A DNA stretch of 64,000 nucleotides from an uncultured Actinomycetes bacterium (GTDB lineage Bacteria; Actinomycetota; UBA4738; HRBIN12): the NCBI GenBank assembly GCA_963821925.1, contig CAWGFO010000010.1:74065-138064 (forward strand). The letters are read 5' to 3'. The translations under genes were made by a program, and so were the position numbers. Positions 1-8,951 of this stretch are shown piece by piece (positions within the stretch are counted from its first letter, which is position 1; each line of letters begins with the position of its first letter). The notes under the pieces were generated by a model. It was not told where the DNA came from, ran no database searches, and saw only the letters and a program-made list of their open reading frames with translations.

Positions 1-204
1 AACCTGCGTCAGCCGAGGAACCGACCGATCATCAACGTGGTGGCGGTCGGCGTGACGGTCGCGATGTTGATCCCGGTCTACATCGCGCAACGGATCGCAG
101 GGGGCGGGGCCGACATCGCGACGCCGACGCCGCCCGGCCGACGCGAGGGACCGACCGACACGGTGACGGCCGCAGCCGCCGCGCAATCCAGCCAGGGCGC
201 CTAG
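1..204 (+). CDS. C-terminal fragment of a membrane transport permease (probable ABC transporter inner-membrane component); partial at the window edge
   Basis: In-frame translation from nt 1 gives ...PIINVVAVGVTVAMLIPVYIAQRIAG..., a hydrophobic helix followed by a polar tail, ending at TAG 202-204. That stop overlaps the bpa stop in a convergent arrangement. Confidence 0.35.
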   Translation, partial: NLRQPRNRPIINVVAVGVTVAMLIPVYIAQRIAGGGADIATPTPPGRREGPTDTVTAAAAAQSSQGA

Positions 205-713
205 AGGTACGTTCCGCCGCGCTGCGGTGGCCCGTCCTGCGACTCGGAGGCGTCCGGGTTCTGCGGCAGCAGCCCCCGGCGCTTGATCTCCTCGAACTGC
301 GCCCGCGCGGCCGCCTGCTGCGCGAACATCGCGGCCTGGATCCCGTGGAACAGGCCCTCGAGCCAGCCCACGAGCTGGGCCTGGGCGACGCGGATCTCGG
401 ACTCGCTCGGCACCCCTTCGAGCGGCGGGGCGAGCTCGCCGAGCTCCTGCTTCAGGTCGTCGGAGAGCACTTCGGAGAGCTCGCTCACGGCCCGCTGGTA
501 GATGTCCGCGAGGCGCTTGCGGCCCGACTCGTCGAGCGACGCCTGACGGGTCTCGTCGAGGAGCTCGCGCACCATGCTCGCGATCCGCAGGAGCTTCGCG
601 GGCTCGGTGATCGTCTCCTGTGGCGGGCCTTCGTCGGGCACGGGCATGTCCTGGGGCTCGATCGGGATCGCCTGCACGGCGTCGTCGCTCGGCGCCTCGG
701 GTTCGGTGCTCAT
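201..713 (-). CDS. bpa: Bacterial proteasome activator Bpa/PafE (Rv3780 family)
   Basis: 170-aa product with a helical core (LVGWLEGLFHGIQAAMFAQQ) and a C-terminal ...GGTYL tail resembling the GQYL proteasome-docking motif. ATG at 711-713 on the reverse strand. Confidence 0.7.
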   Translation of the reverse strand: MSTEPEAPSDDAVQAIPIEPQDMPVPDEGPPQETITEPAKLLRIASMVRELLDETRQASLDESGRKRLADIYQRAVSELSEVLSDDLKQELGELAPPLEGVPSESEIRVAQAQLVGWLEGLFHGIQAAMFAQQAAARAQFEEIKRRGLLPQNPDASESQDGPPQRGGTYL

Positions 714-757
714 GGCCGACAACCTAGCAGCACCGGTTCGGAGCGCCCGGCCCCCGC

Positions 758-2107
758 TCAGCCGCCGAGGTTCCGGATCAGCAGCGCTTCCGCGAGCGCG
801 AGCCGTTCGAGGTCGCCCAGGTCCACGCTCTCGTCGATCGAGTGGTAGTTCGAGCGCTCGTCGCCGGCCCCGATGATCAGCACCGCCATCCCCGGGAACG
901 TCTCGGCGAGCATCGGCACGAGCGGGATCGAGCCGCCGCTGCCGATCTCGACCACGTCGGCCTCGAAGGCCTGGGCGAGCGCGTCGCGGCAGGCCGCGAA
1001 GGCGTCGGTGGTGGTGTCGACCAGGTAGCCCTGCCCGGCCTCGTCGGCCTCGATCTCGACACGCACGCCCCAGGGCGCGGCCTCGCGGAGATGGGCGACG
1101 AGGGCATCGCGGCCGGCGACCGGATCGTCGCCGGGCGCGAGCCGGAGCGACACCCGGGCGCTCGCGGTCGGCACGATCTGGTTCGAGGAGCCGGCGACCG
1201 GCGGCGCATCGAACCCGAGGACGTTCACGGCGGGCTTCGACAGCAACCGGTCGGCCAGGCTGCCCGAACCGATCAGACGGACCGAGTCGAAGACCCTGGA
1301 CTCCTCCCGGAACTCGTCCTCGGGGACCTGCATGCCCGTCCACTCGAAGCTGTGCAGCCCTCGGATCGCGACGTTGCCGTCGTCGTCGTGGAGCGTGGCG
1401 ATCATGCGGGCGAGCGCGGTGATCGCGTCGGGGATCGGCCCGCCGTTCGCGCCGCTGTGCTGCGCGATCGGCAGGACGCTCACCGTCACCCGGCAGTCGG
1501 TCACCCCGCGCACGCTCGTGCCGATCGTGGGCACGCCGGTGCGGTAGTTGCCACCGTCGGCCACGATCGCGACGTCGGCCTTCAGCAGGTCGCCCTGCCC
1601 GCGGACGAGGTCGGGGAGGTGCTCGGTCGAGCACTCCTCCTCGCCCTCGACGACGATCTTCACCGTCACCGGGAGCGGCGCGCCGTCGTGGGCGTCCAGC
1701 GCCCGGAGCGCGGCCGCGTGCACCGCGATCCCGGCCTTGTCGTCGGCGGCGCCGCGGCCATACAAGCGACCGTCGCGGATCTCGGGGGCGAACGGCCCGG
1801 TCGTCCACGCGGCCGGGTCGCCCTCGGGCTGCACGTCGTGGTGCGCGTACAGGAGGATCGTGGGCGCGCCCTCGGGCCCGGGGATCTCCGCGAACACGGC
1901 CGGGTGACCGTCGCCCAGCTCGATCAGGCGGGCTCCGGCGGCGCCCGCGGCGGCGAGGATGTCGCGGGTGAGCTCGGCGCTCGCCCGCACGTGCGCAGGG
2001 TCGTACCCCGGATAGCCGATCGAGGGGATCGCGACGAGCCGGGAGAGCTCGTCGATCGTGCGGGGCATGTCGTCGGAGACCTTCGTGCGGAGCGCGTTCG
2101 TGTCCAT
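758..2107 (-). CDS. M20 family metallopeptidase (dipeptidase / ArgE-DapE-like)
   Basis: 449 aa with LYAHHDVQP...GRGAADDKAG metal-binding motifs typical of M20 peptidases. Confidence 0.8.
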   Translation of the reverse strand: MDTNALRTKVSDDMPRTIDELSRLVAIPSIGYPGYDPAHVRASAELTRDILAAAGAAGARLIELGDGHPAVFAEIPGPEGAPTILLYAHHDVQPEGDPAAWTTGPFAPEIRDGRLYGRGAADDKAGIAVHAAALRALDAHDGAPLPVTVKIVVEGEEECSTEHLPDLVRGQGDLLKADVAIVADGGNYRTGVPTIGTSVRGVTDCRVTVSVLPIAQHSGANGGPIPDAITALARMIATLHDDDGNVAIRGLHSFEWTGMQVPEDEFREESRVFDSVRLIGSGSLADRLLSKPAVNVLGFDAPPVAGSSNQIVPTASARVSLRLAPGDDPVAGRDALVAHLREAAPWGVRVEIEADEAGQGYLVDTTTDAFAACRDALAQAFEADVVEIGSGGSIPLVPMLAETFPGMAVLIIGAGDERSNYHSIDESVDLGDLERLALAEALLIRNLGG

Positions 2108-2179
2108 GGCCGGGCACGATACCGAAGACGGAAGCGAGACCGCCGGGCCACGGGCACCGGCCCGGCGGGGCTCGCCGCT

Positions 2180-3223
2180 CTAGGCCCGGAGCTCGCCCTC
2201 GGGCTCGGCCATCCGCCAGTCGTACGGGCTCACGAACGACGTGACGAGCTGTGCGTAGTTCGCGCGCGCGTACGCCACCGGGTTCGGGATGTTCTGCTGG
2301 CTCATCGAGCCCTTCAGCTGCTCGACGCTCTCGTACTCGTGCTCCTCGAGCCAGGTCTCGACGTCGCGGAGCACCGTGGCGAGGTGATCGGGCCCCTCGT
2401 GGAGCAGCGCCGAGGCCATCATCGCGACGTCGGCACCGGCGAGGAGGACCTTCAGCACGTCGGCGCCCGAGTGCACGCCGGTGGTCGCCGCGATCGAGGC
2501 GTGCACGTGGCCGCGGAGGATCGCGATCCAGCGGAGCGGGAGCCGCAGTTCGTCGGGCGTCGACAGGTGCAGCGACGGATCGACCCGAAGCTCCTCGAGG
2601 TCGATGTCGGGCTGCATGAACCGGTTGAACAACACCAGCCCGTCGGCGCCGGCCGCGACCAGTCGGTGCGCCATGTGGCCCACCGACGAGAAGAACGGTC
2701 CGATCTTCACGGCGAGCGGGATCGTGATCTCGGCGCGCACGGCCTCGACGAGTTCCACGTAGCGCTCCTCGACGGCGTCGCTCGTCTCCTCGGGGTCTGC
2801 CGCGATGAAGTACACGTTCAGCTCGAGCGCGTCGGCGCCGGCCTCCTGGATCCGCTTCGCGTGCCCGATCCAGCCGCCGATCGTGATGCCGTTCAGGCTC
2901 CCGATCACGGGGATCTCGAGCTCGCGCTTCGTCTCCTCCAGGTGATGGAGGTAGGTCTCGGTACCCGTCGTGTAGTCGCCGAGCTCCGGCAGGTACGTGA
3001 GCGCCTCGGCGAAGCTCTGGGATCCCACCTCGAGCGCGCCGTCGAGTTGGATCTCGTCGTGCTCGATCTGCTCCTCGAAGAGCGAGGGGAGCACGACCGC
3101 GGCGGCGCCCGCGTCCTGCATCCGTCGCAGGGTGTCGATCCGCTGGCCCATCGGCGAGGCCGAGGGGACCACCGGGTTCCGGAGCTCGAGCCCCAGGTAA
3201 TGGGTGCGAAGGTCCACGCTCAT
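2180..3223 (-). CDS. Dihydroorotate dehydrogenase-like (PyrD/DHPD-family TIM-barrel flavoprotein)
   Basis: 347 aa with DHO_dh-like motifs (VIGSLNG, ELNVY, VKIGPF, ATTGVHSGADVLK). Its start overlaps the PFOR stop as ATGA. Confidence 0.65.
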   Translation of the reverse strand: MSVDLRTHYLGLELRNPVVPSASPMGQRIDTLRRMQDAGAAAVVLPSLFEEQIEHDEIQLDGALEVGSQSFAEALTYLPELGDYTTGTETYLHHLEETKRELEIPVIGSLNGITIGGWIGHAKRIQEAGADALELNVYFIAADPEETSDAVEERYVELVEAVRAEITIPLAVKIGPFFSSVGHMAHRLVAAGADGLVLFNRFMQPDIDLEELRVDPSLHLSTPDELRLPLRWIAILRGHVHASIAATTGVHSGADVLKVLLAGADVAMMASALLHEGPDHLATVLRDVETWLEEHEYESVEQLKGSMSQQNIPNPVAYARANYAQLVTSFVSPYDWRMAEPEGELRA

Positions 3224-6200
3224 GTCGCCTCTCCCTCCTCACGGGCGTCGATACCGCCGGGCGCCTCCTCGTGTGCGCTCCCGCGCTCGATCCCGGCGGT
3301 CTGCTCGTACAGGTGCCAGCGCGCGTCGACGTCGTCCTGCGCGCGCCGCATCAGCATGTCGGCCCGATCGGGGTCGGTGCGCCGAAGCATCGCGTAGCGC
3401 GCCTCCTGGTCGGTGAACGCCGTCAGCGGGATCGTCGGCTTCTTGCTGTCGAGGTGGAAGGGGTGCTCACCGGCCTCGGCGGCCGCCGGGTCGAACCGCC
3501 ACAGCGGCCAGTAGCCCGAGGCCACGGCCTCCTTCTGGTGGCTCATCCCGGTCGACATGTCGATCCCGTGCGCGATGCAGTGGCTGTACGCGATCACGAG
3601 CGACGGCCCGCGGTGGGCCTCGGCCTCGGCGAGCACCTTCACCGTGTGCGGCATGTCGGCACCCATCGCGATCTGGCCGACGTAGACGTCGCCGTAGGCG
3701 GTCGCGATCATCCCGAGGTCCTTCTTGCCGCCGGACTTGCCCGCCGCCGCGAACTTGGCGACCGCTCCGCGGGCGGTCGACTTCGATGCCTGGCCGCCCG
3801 TGTTCGAGTAGACCTCGGTGTCGAGCACCAGGACGTTCACGTCGCGGCCGGTCGCGAGCACGTGGTCGAGCCCGCCGAACCCGATGTCGTAGGCCCAGCC
3901 GTCGCCGCCCACGATCCAGACGCTCGTCGGGACGAGGGCGTCCGCCGCGGCCAGCAGGTCGGGGATCCGCGGATCCACGACGTGGACGATCCGGTCGCGG
4001 AGCTGGCCGAGGCGCAGCCGCTGGAGCGCGATCGCCTCGTCGTCGCGGGCCGTCATCCCGTCGAGGAGACCCCGCACGAGGCCCTCGCCGAGGTCGGGCT
4101 CCATCGCCTCCAGCAGGTTCGCGGCCAGGTCGGCCTTCGCGTCGAGTGCGAGCCGCATCCCGAGGCCGAACTCCGCGTTGTCCTCGAACAGCGAGTTAGA
4201 CCACGCCGGCCCGCGCCCGTCGGGCCCGACGGCCCACGGCGTGGTCGGGAGGTTGCCGCCGTAGATCGACGAGCAGCCCGTGGCGTTCGCGACCAGGAGC
4301 CGGTCGCCGACCTGCTGCGTGAGCACCTTCAGGTAGGGCGTCTCGCCGCAGCCCGCGCACGCCCCCGAGTACTCGAAGAGGGGCCGGAGCTGCTGCGAGC
4401 CCTTCACGGTGTCGGCCCGGACGTCGCTGCGGGCCGGATCGGGGATCGTCAGGAAGAAGTCGAACCACGCGCGCTCGTCGTCGAGGTGCTCGTCCTTCGG
4501 GCACATGTCGATCGACTTGTGCTTGACCTCCTCCTTGCTGCGGGCGGGGCACACGTCGACGCAGATCCCGCAGCCGGTGCAGTCGTCGGGCGCGACCTGG
4601 ATCGTCATCAGCCGCCCGGGATGGTCGCGGTCCTTCCAGTCCTTCGTCTTGAACCCGACCGGGCCGCCCTCGGCCGCGGCGGGCTCGAACACCTTCATGC
4701 GGATCGCCGCGTGGGGGCAGACCAGGGCGCACTTCGCGCAGTCGATGCAGATCGCCGGGTCCCACACCGGGATCTCGCGCGCGATGCTGCGCTTCTCCCA
4801 TCGGGCGGTATCGGTCGGGAACGTCCCGTCGACGGGGAGCGCGCTCACTGGCAGGAGGTCCCCCTCGCCCGCGATCATCGCAGCGGTCACCCGCTGGACG
4901 AAGTCCGGCGCGTCCGCGGACACGGCGGGGAGCATCGGCGGACCCTCGCCGGCCTCGGCGGGGATCGCCACCTCGTGGAGGGCCGCGATCGCGCCGTCGA
5001 CGGCGGCGAAGTTCCGCGTGAGCACCGTCTCGCCGCGCTTGCCGTACGTCTTCACGATCGCGGCCTTGATCGCGGACACGGCCTCGTCCGGCGGCAGGAT
5101 GTCGGCGATCGCGAAGAAGCAGGTCTGCAGCACCGTGTTCACGCGCGTGCCGAGGCCGGCCTCCTTCGCGACCCGGTAGCCGTCGACCACGAACATCCGC
5201 AGGTGCTTGTCGACGATGTGCCGGCGGGTGGCCTCGGGCAGGTGCTCCCACACCTCGTCCGGCCCGTACGGGCTGTTCAGCAGGAAGGTCGCGCCCTCGG
5301 CCGCGACCGAGAGCACGTCGGCACGCTCGAGCCGCTCGAACTGGTGCACCGCGACGACGTTCGCCGACCGGATCAGGTAGGTGGAGCGGATCGGACGCGG
5401 TCCGAACCGCAGGTGCGAGACCGTGAGCCCCCCGGCCTTCTTCGAGTCGTAGACGAAGTACCCCTGGGCGTGGAGGTCCGTTCCCTCGCCGATGATCTTG
5501 ATCGTGTTCTTGTTCGCGCTGACGGTGCCGTCGCTCCCCAGCCCGAAGAACACCGCGCGCACGACGTCGGGATCCTCGGTGTCGAAGTCCGGATCCACGG
5601 GCAGGCTCAGGCGCGTCACGTCGTCGGTGATGCCCACCGTGAAGTGGTTCACGGGTTCGAGCGCCGCCAGCTCCTCGAGGGCCGCCTTGGCCATCGCCGG
5701 CGTGAACTCCTTCGACGACAGGCCGTAGCGACCGCCGAGCACGCGCGGCAAGCCACCCGCGAACCGCGCGCGCCCGGCGGACGTCTCTTCGGCCAGGGAC
5801 GTGACCACGTCCTGGTACAGCGGTTCGCCCGGCGCCCCGGGCTCCTTCGTGCGGTCCAGCACCGCGATGCCGCGCACCGATTCGGGGAGCGCGGCCACGA
5901 GCGCCTCGGCCGAGAACGGCCGGAACAGCCGGACCTTGACGAGCCCGACGCGGTCGCCGCGCTCGATCATCGCCTCGACGGCCTCCTCGGCGGCGCCGAC
6001 GCCCGACCCCATCAAGATCAGTACGCGCTCGGCCTCGGGGTGCCCGACGTAGTCGAACAGTCGGTGGGGACGCCCGGTGCGCGCGGCGAGTCGGTCCATC
6101 GCCGCCTGCACCAGGTCGGGGACCGCCGCGTACCACGGGTTGCAGGCCTCGCGTGCCTGGAAGAAGACGTCGGGGTTCTGCGCCGAACCGCGCAGACGAG

Positions 6201-6876
6201 GATGCTCCGGCGACAGGGCGCGGGCCCGGTGCTCGTGCACGAGCCGGTCGTCGATCATCGCCCGCAGGTCCTCGTCGAGGAGCCCCTCGATCTTGTCGAC
6301 CTCGTGCGAGGTGCGGAACCCGTCGAAGAAGTGGAGGAACGGGACCCGGGACTCGAGCGTGACCGCGTGGGCCACGAGCGCGAGATCCTGCGCCTCCTGC
6401 ACCGACGACGACGCGAGCATCGCGAACCCGGTCGTCCGTGCGGCCATCACGTCGGACTGGTCGCCGAAGATCGAGAGCGCGTGGGTCGCGATCGTGCGCG
6501 CCGCGACGTGCATCACGAACGGGGTCAGCTCGCCCGCGATCTTGAACATGTTCGGGAGCATCAGCAGCAGGCCCTGCGACGCCGTGAACGTGGTGCCGAG
6601 CGCGCCGGCCTGGAGCGCGCCGTGGATCGCGCCGGCGGCGCCGCCCTCGCTCTGCATCTCCACGACCTGCGGGACGGCGCCCCACAGGTTCTGGCGACCC
6701 GCGGCCGACCAGGCGTCGGCGAGCTCGCCCATCGACGTCGCCGGCGTGATCGGATAGATCGCGATGACCTCGGAGAGTCGGTGGGCGACCGCCGCCACCG
6801 CCTCGTTGCCGTCGACGGTGATGAGCGGGCGCGTCGAAACCGGTGAAGGGGTGGCTTGCGTCTTCATGGCTGCCAT
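3220..6876 (-). CDS. nifJ: Pyruvate:ferredoxin (flavodoxin) oxidoreductase, single-polypeptide NifJ/PFOR type
   Basis: 1218-aa uninterrupted ORF. The N-terminus (ITVDGNEAVAAVAHRLSEVIAIYPITPATSMGE) and internal 2x[4Fe-4S] CxxCxxCxxxCP motifs (CIDCAKCALVCP, CTGCGICVDVCP) plus a TPP-binding region match PFOR. Confidence 0.9.
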   Translation of the reverse strand: MAAMKTQATPSPVSTRPLITVDGNEAVAAVAHRLSEVIAIYPITPATSMGELADAWSAAGRQNLWGAVPQVVEMQSEGGAAGAIHGALQAGALGTTFTASQGLLLMLPNMFKIAGELTPFVMHVAARTIATHALSIFGDQSDVMAARTTGFAMLASSSVQEAQDLALVAHAVTLESRVPFLHFFDGFRTSHEVDKIEGLLDEDLRAMIDDRLVHEHRARALSPEHPRLRGSAQNPDVFFQAREACNPWYAAVPDLVQAAMDRLAARTGRPHRLFDYVGHPEAERVLILMGSGVGAAEEAVEAMIERGDRVGLVKVRLFRPFSAEALVAALPESVRGIAVLDRTKEPGAPGEPLYQDVVTSLAEETSAGRARFAGGLPRVLGGRYGLSSKEFTPAMAKAALEELAALEPVNHFTVGITDDVTRLSLPVDPDFDTEDPDVVRAVFFGLGSDGTVSANKNTIKIIGEGTDLHAQGYFVYDSKKAGGLTVSHLRFGPRPIRSTYLIRSANVVAVHQFERLERADVLSVAAEGATFLLNSPYGPDEVWEHLPEATRRHIVDKHLRMFVVDGYRVAKEAGLGTRVNTVLQTCFFAIADILPPDEAVSAIKAAIVKTYGKRGETVLTRNFAAVDGAIAALHEVAIPAEAGEGPPMLPAVSADAPDFVQRVTAAMIAGEGDLLPVSALPVDGTFPTDTARWEKRSIAREIPVWDPAICIDCAKCALVCPHAAIRMKVFEPAAAEGGPVGFKTKDWKDRDHPGRLMTIQVAPDDCTGCGICVDVCPARSKEEVKHKSIDMCPKDEHLDDERAWFDFFLTIPDPARSDVRADTVKGSQQLRPLFEYSGACAGCGETPYLKVLTQQVGDRLLVANATGCSSIYGGNLPTTPWAVGPDGRGPAWSNSLFEDNAEFGLGMRLALDAKADLAANLLEAMEPDLGEGLVRGLLDGMTARDDEAIALQRLRLGQLRDRIVHVVDPRIPDLLAAADALVPTSVWIVGGDGWAYDIGFGGLDHVLATGRDVNVLVLDTEVYSNTGGQASKSTARGAVAKFAAAGKSGGKKDLGMIATAYGDVYVGQIAMGADMPHTVKVLAEAEAHRGPSLVIAYSHCIAHGIDMSTGMSHQKEAVASGYWPLWRFDPAAAEAGEHPFHLDSKKPTIPLTAFTDQEARYAMLRRTDPDRADMLMRRAQDDVDARWHLYEQTAGIERGSAHEEAPGGIDAREEGEAT

Positions 6877-6990
6877 CGTGGAAGCCGGAGGGTGCCGTCC
6901 CTAGGGCCGAAGGGCCCCACCGGACGGGGCCGGCCGCTGCCCACGGCCCGGGTCGCGCGGGCGAACCTGGTGGGCAGGAGGCGAGGTCCG

Positions 6991-7404
6991 ATGGCGACGA
7001 TCGAGGTGCGGCACGAGGACGGCGACCGGTTCACGGTGGCGATCCGGGGCCACGAGCTCACGGTCGATCAGCCGGTCCGCGACGGCGGGGCCGACGAGGG
7101 GCCGACGCCCACCGAGCTGTTCGTCGCCGGCTTGGCCTCCTGCGTCGGGTTCTACGCGGGACGGTTCCTCCGCCGACACGGGCTCGACGGCGCCGGCCTC
7201 GGGGTCGCGTGCTCGTGGACGATGGCCGAGGACCGGCCGGCGCGGGTAGGGACGATCGACCTGACCCTGCAGCTCCCCGACGGCTTCCCGGAGGAGCAGC
7301 GTGACCGGTTGATGGCCGTGGTGGAGCACTGCACGGTCCACAACTCGCTCGTGCGGCCACCGGAGGTGCGGATCTCGGCACGCACGACGGTGGTCACCGC
7401 CTGA
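6991..7404 (+). CDS. OsmC/Ohr family peroxiredoxin-like protein
   Basis: The track ORF starts at 6856 with a low-complexity leader, so I take the ATG at 6991 (MATIEVRHEDGD...). It carries the OsmC-family paired cysteines (GLASCVG ... HCTV). Divergent from PFOR. Confidence 0.7.
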   Translation: MATIEVRHEDGDRFTVAIRGHELTVDQPVRDGGADEGPTPTELFVAGLASCVGFYAGRFLRRHGLDGAGLGVACSWTMAEDRPARVGTIDLTLQLPDGFPEEQRDRLMAVVEHCTVHNSLVRPPEVRISARTTVVTA

Positions 7405-7429
7405 CGCGCCGACATCGACGGGCCGTCGA

Positions 7430-8044
7430 CTACGGTGACAGGCGCTCGATCCGCCAGCCGTCGCCGTCGCGCACGTAGTGGACGCGGTCGTGGAGCCGGA
7501 ACGCGCGCGCCTGCCAGAACTCGACCGTGCGCGGCGCGATCCGGTACCCGCCCCAGTACGGAGGCAGGGGCACGTCGTCGTCGTACGTCCGATCGATCTC
7601 CTCGAACCGCGCCGTCAGCTCGGCGCGGCCCTCGAGCACCGAGCCTTGGCGTGAGGCCCACGCGCCCAGGCGCGCCTCGCGCGGCCGGGTACGGAAGTAC
7701 GCGGCCGACTCCGCGTCGCTCGTGGGGGTGACGCTCCCGGTCACGACGACCTGACGGTCGAGCTCGCGCCAGAGCACCGCGAACGATGCCCGTGGGTTGG
7801 CGGCGAGATCCCGGCCCTTGCGGCTCTCCCGGTTCGTGTAGACCACGAAGCCGCGCTCGTCGAAGCCGCGCAGGAGCACGTGCCGGACCGTCGGGTCGCC
7901 GTCGGCGCTCGCCGTCGCGAGCGCGACGGCGTTCGCGAGATGGATCCCCTCGTTCTCGGCGTCCTCGAACCACACGCGGAACTGCGTCATCGGTTCCGGG
8001 GGAAGGTCGTCGAGGTCGAGGCCCAGGTCGGGCTTCTCGCTCAT
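7430..8044 (-). CDS. pdxH: Pyridoxamine 5'-phosphate oxidase
   Basis: 204 aa with PNPOx motifs (VRHVLLRGFDERGFVVYTNRESRKG, WGGYRIAPRTVEFWQARAFRLHDR). Confidence 0.85.
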   Translation of the reverse strand: MSEKPDLGLDLDDLPPEPMTQFRVWFEDAENEGIHLANAVALATASADGDPTVRHVLLRGFDERGFVVYTNRESRKGRDLAANPRASFAVLWRELDRQVVVTGSVTPTSDAESAAYFRTRPREARLGAWASRQGSVLEGRAELTARFEEIDRTYDDDVPLPPYWGGYRIAPRTVEFWQARAFRLHDRVHYVRDGDGWRIERLSP

Positions 8045-8105
8045 GGGGCCATGCTGCTCGTCGCCCGGTCGCCCGTCACGGCCGAACGGCCCGCCCGGGC
8101 CGGGC

Positions 8106-8756
8106 CTACGGCGACAGCCGTTCGATCCGCCACTCGCCGCCGTCGTCCCGCTCGTACCGGAAGCGGTCGTGCAGCCGGTGCCGGCGTCCCTGCCAGAACT
8201 CGATCGAGCGCGGGATCACGCGGTAGCCGCCCCAGAACGGCGGCCGGGGGACGTCGCCGCCGGCGAACCGGGCCGTCGCCTCCGCCAGCCGGGCATCGAG
8301 CGCGGCGCGGTCGTCGATCGACGCGGATTGCCGCGATGCCCAGGCGCCGAGCTGCGCATCGCGCGGGCGCGTCGCGAAGTAGGCGTCGTCATCCTCGTCC
8401 GCCGTCCGCAGGACCTTGCCGTCCACGCACACCTGCCGGTCGAGCTGCTTCCACAGGAAGACGAGGCCCGCGTGCGGGTTCGACTCGAGCTCCCGTCCCT
8501 TGCGGCTCTCGCGGTTCGTGTTGAAGACGAACCCACGGTCGTCGAGACCGCGCAGCAGCACGTGCCGCACCGAGGGCCGTCCGTCGGCATCGGCGGTCGC
8601 CAGCGCCATCGCATTGGGGAGCGGGACGCCGGCACGGTCCGCGTCGGCGAGCCACCGACCGAACTGCTCGATCGGATCGGGAAGGAGGTCGGCGCGCCGG
8701 AGCGGGCGATCCTCGTGGAACCCGGACGGCGCGTGCATCCGGCGAGGGTCGGTCAT
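8106..8756 (-). CDS. pdxH: Pyridoxamine 5'-phosphate oxidase, tandem paralogue
   Basis: 216 aa, about 55-60% identical to the adjacent pdxH across the same motifs. Confidence 0.8.
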   Translation of the reverse strand: MTDPRRMHAPSGFHEDRPLRRADLLPDPIEQFGRWLADADRAGVPLPNAMALATADADGRPSVRHVLLRGLDDRGFVFNTNRESRKGRELESNPHAGLVFLWKQLDRQVCVDGKVLRTADEDDDAYFATRPRDAQLGAWASRQSASIDDRAALDARLAEATARFAGGDVPRPPFWGGYRVIPRSIEFWQGRRHRLHDRFRYERDDGGEWRIERLSP

Positions 8757-8789
8757 CGGGTCGCTCCTCGGCCGGTCATGGCGCCAGCA

Positions 8790-8863
8790 TAGGTGGGGAG
8801 GTGCCCCCGGCAGGACTCGAACCTGCGCTTCCGGCTCCGGAGGCCGACGCTCTATCCGCTGAG
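8790..8863 (-). tRNA. tRNA-Arg (anticodon CCG)
   Basis: The reverse complement folds as a cloverleaf: GCCCCCG acceptor stem, D-arm GCTCAGCGGATAGAGC, anticodon stem-loop TCGGC-CTCCGGA-GCCGA (anticodon CCG), T-arm GCAGGTTCGAGTCCTGC, discriminator A. CCA is not encoded. Confidence 0.85.
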
Positions 8864-8951
8864 CTACGGGGGCGTAGCCACGACGAGTCTAGCAACCGCC
8901 CCCTTACCCCCCGTGAGCCGGGCCTCCACGACCCCGGGGTATCCTCGATCC

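Noticed and set aside
842-3397. 851-aa plus-strand ORF spanning the M20 peptidase and DHOD-like genes
   Set aside because: It is antisense to two well-supported minus-strand genes. The translation is R/G/A/D/H-rich low-complexity, typical of GC-frame artefacts, with no recognisable domain.
3271-6846. 1191-aa plus-strand ORF opposite the PFOR gene, plus the 829-aa minus-strand ORF at 4196-6685 in another frame
   Set aside because: Only the 3220-6876 minus frame gives a coherent PFOR with its Fe-S and TPP motifs. The other frames translate to R/G/P-rich junk.
8787-8870. tRNA-Arg as a possible integration site (attB) for a mobile element
   Set aside because: No integrase, recombinase, direct repeat of the tRNA 3' end, or compositional discontinuity is found within 10 kb on either side. 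The flanking genes are core (pdxH, argS).
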